Made by a program: the position numbers and the translations under genes
Notes under the pieces: generated by a model
What the model saw: the letters and a program-made list of their open reading frames with translations, nothing else
Told to the model about the DNA's origin: nothing
Database searches by the model: none
IMG/VR virus record: IMGVR_UViG_2690316323_000007
Length of the DNA stretch: 10,280 nt
Origin: a virus
Lineage: Duplodnaviria > Heunggongvirae > Uroviricota > Caudoviricetes
Reading direction: 5' to 3' (one strand)
Part shown: positions 7,137 to 10,280 of the stretch, in pieces
Layout: every line of letters starts with the position of its first letter
Position numbering within the stretch: position 1 is the stretch's first letter

Positions 7137-7193
7137 ATCATGCGTAATGCTTTACTGTTCAGGAGGTAGTTATGCATATAAACGGTGGAAAAC

Positions 7194-7598
7194 ATGTCAG
7201 CTCAACTAACCAGTGAAACTTTAAATCAGTGGCTTAGCATGAGTTCTTTGGCGGCAGTGATAGCAGGAGTTCCTCCTGAGGTTGCTTTGGGGTCTTTGGC
7301 TGGGGCGGTGATTTTTGTTACCTCTGCGGTAGAGTATCCCATTCGTCGTCGCGTGCTCTTGTCGATGCTTAGCTTTCTCTGCGGACTTCTATTCTACAAA
7401 CCAGCAGCATCAATTCTTATCGGCATAGCCAGCCTGATCCCTACAATCACACAGGATTCTTTCGAGAAAGGGATTGTTTTCTCTGCCGGTGCATTTGTGT
7501 CAGCAATCGTCGCTGTGCGAATTGGGATCTGGCTCTATCACCGTTCCGATAATCCACGCGAGTTAATTCCGGGGAGAAAAGACGATGGTAACTCATGA
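7194..7598 (+). CDS. Holin-like membrane protein (134 aa from ATG 7194; 137 aa if GTG 7185 is used), about 4 predicted transmembrane segments
   Basis: Hydrophobic stretches LAAVIAGVPPEVALGSLAGAVIFV, VLLSMLSFLCGLLFY, ASILIGIASLIPTI and IVFSAGAFVSAIVAVRIGIWLY, with a charged C-terminus. First gene of an overlapping operon with the endolysin. Two in-frame candidate starts (GTG 7185, ATG 7194). Confidence 0.65.
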   Translation: MSAQLTSETLNQWLSMSSLAAVIAGVPPEVALGSLAGAVIFVTSAVEYPIRRRVLLSMLSFLCGLLFYKPAASILIGIASLIPTITQDSFEKGIVFSAGAFVSAIVAVRIGIWLYHRSDNPRELIPGRKDDGNS

Positions 7599-7893
7599 GC
7601 TTTTTTTGCTTATCACCAATGCGGTTATTTGCGCCGGTATAGCAGTTCGAGTTGCCACATTTCGGAGAAACGGTTCTCAACACAGGCGATGGGGTGGGTG
7701 GCTTGCTTATTTCCTGATTGTTGCTGCGGCCAGCATTCCAGTTCGTGTCGCTTATGCAATCTGGTTACGCACGCCAATGGCTGTGGATTTATCTGAGGTC
7801 ATTATCAACGCTGTCATGCTTGCCGCGGTTATTAAAACACGCGGTAACGTTGTTCAGATTTTCAAAATATCGAGGTCTAAACATGGAGATTAA
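7585..7893 (+). CDS. Second small membrane protein of the lysis cassette (102 aa; holin or antiholin-like)
   Basis: ATG 7585 with GGGGAGA 6 nt upstream; overlaps the upstream gene's stop by 14 nt in a different frame. About 3 hydrophobic segments ([53 protein letters not shown]). Its stop (7891-7893) overlaps the endolysin start. Confidence 0.65.
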   Translation: MVTHELFLLITNAVICAGIAVRVATFRRNGSQHRRWGGWLAYFLIVAAASIPVRVAYAIWLRTPMAVDLSEVIINAVMLAAVIKTRGNVVQIFKISRSKHGD

Positions 7894-8512
7894 ACAATTC
7901 CAGCGAGCTGCTGGTATTAGCGAGGCGCTGGCCGCACGCTGGTTCTCGCATATAACTTCTGCGATGAAAGAGTTTGGTATCAGCAAACCAGAAGATCTGG
8001 CAATGTTTATTGCTCAGGTCGGGCATGAGTCTGTGGGCTTCACCCGGTTGCAGGAGAATTTCAACTACAGCGTCAGCGGACTGGCTAACTTCGTTCGGGC
8101 TGGGCGTCTCACTCAGGGGCAGGCTAATGCACTGGGGCGACGTGCTGGTGAGCCACCATTGCCACTCGAGCGCCAGCGAGCGATCGCCAATCTGGTGTAC
8201 AGCAAACGCATGGGGAACAATGCCCCTGGTGACGGCTGGAACTACCGTGGGCGCGGACTTATCCAGATTACCGGTTTGAATAACTATCGTGACTGTGGAA
8301 ACGGTCTTAAGGTTGACCTGCTGGAGAGTCCTGAACTGCTGGCGCAGGACGAATACGCGGCTCGTAGCGCGGCGTGGTTCTTCTCCAGCAAAGGCTGCAT
8401 GAAGTATACCGGAGATATTGCACGTGTAACTCTGCTTATCAATGGTGGCCGGAACGGCATTGATGACCGGCGCGCGCGATACATAACTGCCAGTAAGGTG
8501 CTGGCGGTATGA
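7883..8512 (+). CDS. Endolysin, glycoside hydrolase family 19 (chitinase-like lysozyme), 209 aa
   Basis: ORF 7718..8512 trimmed to ATG 7883 (GAGG 7 nt upstream). GH19-type motifs: [45 protein letters not shown]. No N-terminal transmembrane segment. Confidence 0.85.
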   Translation: MEIKQFQRAAGISEALAARWFSHITSAMKEFGISKPEDLAMFIAQVGHESVGFTRLQENFNYSVSGLANFVRAGRLTQGQANALGRRAGEPPLPLERQRAIANLVYSKRMGNNAPGDGWNYRGRGLIQITGLNNYRDCGNGLKVDLLESPELLAQDEYAARSAAWFFSSKGCMKYTGDIARVTLLINGGRNGIDDRRARYITASKVLAV

Positions 8513-8991
8513 TCTGGGCATTCGCAAAAGCATACTGGAAACAGTTGGTTATCATGGCGATGCTTGCTGTTCTGGTCATATCAGGAGTTGTAGCCTGGAA
8601 TGCACACGGCAGTCGTCAGTACGATGCCGGGTATGCGCAGGCGAAGGAAGACCGCAAAGCTGAAGATGAGATAGTTCGTCAGCACTACGAACAGGAGAAA
8701 TCGATCAATGAACGTGAAGCGCAGCAGAGGATCGACCAGGCGCGCAATGATGCTCTTGATGCTGCCGCTCGCGCTGGCCGGTTGCAGCAACAACTCTTTG
8801 CCATCCGTGAGCAGCTCAGGCAGTATAACGCCATTGTCGGCGCTGGGACGTCAGCCGCAGACACCGGAGTTTTGCTTGCCGACGTGCTCAGCAAATCTCT
8901 CGAGAGAAACAGACAACTGGCAGAGTATGCTGACCGGGCAGCCGAAGCCGGAAGAGTCTGCGAAAAACAATACGACACCCTGACCAGATAG
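8509..8991 (+). CDS. Rz-like inner-membrane spanin (i-spanin), 160 aa
   Basis: Start ATG overlaps the endolysin stop (ATGA at 8509-8512). N-terminal transmembrane segment ([18 protein letters not shown]), a long charged/coiled-coil-like region ([38 protein letters not shown]), and a C-terminal Cys. Confidence 0.8.
   Translation: MIWAFAKAYWKQLVIMAMLAVLVISGVVAWNAHGSRQYDAGYAQAKEDRKAEDEIVRQHYEQEKSINEREAQQRIDQARNDALDAAARAGRLQQQLFAIREQLRQYNAIVGAGTSAADTGVLLADVLSKSLERNRQLAEYADRAAEAGRVCEKQYDTLTR
8708..8983 (+). CDS. Rz1-like outer-membrane lipoprotein spanin (o-spanin), 91 aa precursor, fully embedded in the +1 frame of Rz
   Basis: Lipoprotein signal peptide with positive n-region ([12 protein letters not shown]), hydrophobic core and lipobox LAGC (Cys at residue 26); Pro-rich mature part. 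RBS-like AGGAG 10 nt upstream. An alternative start at ATG 8747 would give too short a signal peptide. Confidence 0.7.
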   Translation: MNVKRSRGSTRRAMMLLMLPLALAGCSNNSLPSVSSSGSITPLSALGRQPQTPEFCLPTCSANLSRETDNWQSMLTGQPKPEESAKNNTTP

Positions 8992-9072
8992 CATGGCATT
9001 TTTCATGGTACTGATTTCCGGTGACGGTATATAAAACGGTACTAGAAAAATGAAGTTTTGGAAAAATGTTAT

Positions 9073-9109
9073 CACTCAATTAGTTATGATTGTCGTAAAT
9101 AATTGAGTG
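9073..9109. repeat. 10-bp inverted repeat CACTCAATTA-N17-TAATTGAGTG in the junction region between the lysis cassette and the flanking genes
   Basis: Perfect arms at 9073-9082 and 9100-9109. Could be a protein-binding site or part of the island boundary; no function can be assigned from sequence alone. Confidence 0.35.
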
Positions 9110-9141
9110 GGAATGATTTGAACCCTGTACTATGAATGAAC

Positions 9142-9171
9142 AAAACCCTCTGTTACTACAGAGGGTTTTTT
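9142..9171. terminator. Bidirectional rho-independent terminator (AAAACCCTCTG-ttacta-CAGAGGGTTTTTT)
   Basis: 7-bp GC-rich stem flanked by an A-tract upstream and a T-tract downstream. Lies about 40 bp beyond the stop of the minus-strand gene 9210..9749 and about 150 bp after the Rz stop. Confidence 0.7.
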
Positions 9172-9209
9172 ATACTCACGAATCATAGGCTTGAAGTTAC
9201 TGACATCGC

Positions 9210-9749
9210 TTAGTTAAACCAGCTGTCCGATTTGTTCTCTTCTGCTTTACCCACGCTTTTCATCAGATCGCGACCGCCTTCAGTCATATTTCTGTTTGCG
9301 TCAGCTTCAGATTGCACCACATCGGTTTGCGCAGCTTTGTGCTTCAGTTCCTGATCGATAAATTCGTTTTCGCGCTTAACGCGGGCTTCTTCTTTCGCCA
9401 GCGCCAGTTTTTGCTTCTGAATCTCTAAGCTACGTAGCTCATCTTCATAACTTTGATCGCGTTTTTTGTCCGCAGTGGCTTCGGCGTCCAGTTTATCCTG
9501 ACGAGCTTTCTTATTCGCTGCTGCCGTTGCCGCTCTTTTATTAGCCGCGGCCTGGGCGTTTGCGCGACGTTGCTTCTCTTGCTGGATTTCCCTGTTGCGC
9601 TCCGCGACCCATTCGTCATGCTGCCTTTGCTCTTCATTTTTACCTTGCTGTTCCGCTTCTGCGACAGCCGAGAGTTGATCCTGCAATGATGAGGCGATAG
9701 CCGGATAGCTTAAGGAGGCTAAGATGGCGCAAAGAAAAACTTTCTTCAT
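9210..9749 (-). CDS. Secreted (periplasmic) charged, Ala/Gln/Lys-rich protein with N-terminal signal peptide, 179 aa; probable chromosomal gene
   Basis: Signal peptide MKKVFLCAILASLSYPAIASS; strong RBS AGGAGGAG immediately upstream; low-complexity coiled-coil-like body. Length and context are reminiscent of the enterobacterial yfgI gene but I cannot confirm identity from memory. Confidence 0.8.
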   Translation of the reverse strand: MKKVFLCAILASLSYPAIASSLQDQLSAVAEAEQQGKNEEQRQHDEWVAERNREIQQEKQRRANAQAAANKRAATAAANKKARQDKLDAEATADKKRDQSYEDELRSLEIQKQKLALAKEEARVKRENEFIDQELKHKAAQTDVVQSEADANRNMTEGGRDLMKSVGKAEENKSDSWFN

Positions 9750-9764
9750 GACTCCTCCTGATTA

Positions 9765-10280
9765 TTAGCTCTTTTCAGGACATTTGGTATTTGGCTGAAT
9801 ACGCGTTTCGTTATACGTCGTGGTAATAACAACGGCTAAACCTGTCGTAAACTGGCACTCTTTACCCACCTGGGTGGAGGTATACACTTTGGTGCCTTCC
9901 TTATATGTTAAAGAAACACCTTCCACTAAGGTTTTATCATTCACCATAGAACCCGCTGCTGCGCCAACAGCTCCGCCGCCAACTGCACCTGCTGTCGTTC
10001 CGGAATTGCTGCCAGACCCGACGTTGTGGCCGATAACACCGCCAGCGACAGCGCCAATAAGCGCGCCGAAGGCTTGTGCGTTCCGTTTATTTTGGGCGTT
10101 GTCTACGGCAACTTTTGCGGGAAGAATGGAAATAATATTAACGGTTTTAGTTTCTTGTTTGGTATTCAGTTGATCGGTTTGATAAACATCGGCGGCATGA
10201 TCATCAGCATTTGACTGGCATCCTGCCAGAGTAAATGACGCTAACATTGCCACAGGCAGAAGACATTTTTTTAATTTCAT
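9765..10280 (-). CDS. Lipoprotein with glycine-zipper motif, 171 aa; probable chromosomal gene; start codon at window end
   Basis: Lipoprotein signal with lipobox LAGC (MKLKKCLLPVAMLASFTLAGCQ) and a Gly/Ala-rich zipper segment (GALIGAVAGGVIGHNVGSGSNSGTTAGAVGGGAVGAAAG). Its stop lies 15 bp upstream of the next gene's start, suggesting an operon. Reminiscent of yfgH-type lipoproteins, unverified. Confidence 0.8.
   Translation of the reverse strand: MKLKKCLLPVAMLASFTLAGCQSNADDHAADVYQTDQLNTKQETKTVNIISILPAKVAVDNAQNKRNAQAFGALIGAVAGGVIGHNVGSGSNSGTTAGAVGGGAVGAAAGSMVNDKTLVEGVSLTYKEGTKVYTSTQVGKECQFTTGLAVVITTTYNETRIQPNTKCPEKS

Noticed and set aside
7877-8533. 218-aa minus-strand ORF antisense to the endolysin gene, and other overlapping ORFs in the lysis region (7447..7683 -, 7789..7986 -, 7974..8279 +, 8284..8484 -, 8581..9079 region minus-strand ORFs)
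   Set aside because: The plus-strand genes carry strong family signatures (GH19 motifs, spanin architecture) and coupled starts. The antisense ORFs have none and are considered artefacts of GC-rich coding sequence.
8747-8983. Shorter Rz1 start at ATG 8747
   Set aside because: It would give a signal peptide of only about 12 residues with no positively charged n-region. ATG 8708 gives a canonical lipoprotein signal peptide.
9425-10214. Plus- and minus-strand ORFs overlapping the two flanking genes (9425..9637 -, 9453..9689 +, 9820..10173 +, 10026..10214 +)
   Set aside because: They overlap CDSs that have clear signal peptides, an RBS and operon spacing. Their translations are low-complexity (Ala/Pro-rich) mirror images of the Gly/Ala-rich coding strand.
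1-10280. tRNA genes, rRNA, CRISPR arrays, insertion-sequence terminal repeats
   Set aside because: No regularly spaced direct repeats, transposase ORFs or recognisable tRNA-like sequence were seen by eye. A tRNA integration target, if present, would lie upstream of position 1, outside the window. A proper tRNAscan-SE or Infernal run is needed to be certain.

Overview
This window looks like a compact, integrase-bounded mobile island of about 9 kb next to two probable chromosomal genes. From left to right: a P4-type tyrosine integrase (1..1251 +, beginning at the window edge); a Bro-N domain protein on the minus strand; a translationally coupled two-gene operon (2419..3334 +) of unrecognised function whose second product weakly resembles YafO-family toxins; a small minus-strand gene behind a near-consensus LexA (SOS) box; a 991-aa tail fiber/tailspike with a predicted depolymerase domain; and a complete lysis cassette (two membrane proteins, GH19-type endolysin, Rz with embedded Rz1). 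No capsid, packaging, replication or tail-tube genes are present. Two minus-strand genes for secreted/lipoprotein products (9210..10280) look like chromosomal flank. The most interesting candidates are the unassigned two-gene operon in the integrase-proximal cargo position, the SOS-controlled small protein that is a paralog of the Bro-N protein's C-terminus, and the capsid-less tailspike-plus-lysis architecture itself. All homology statements come from reading the ORF translations and recalled family features; no database search was run.
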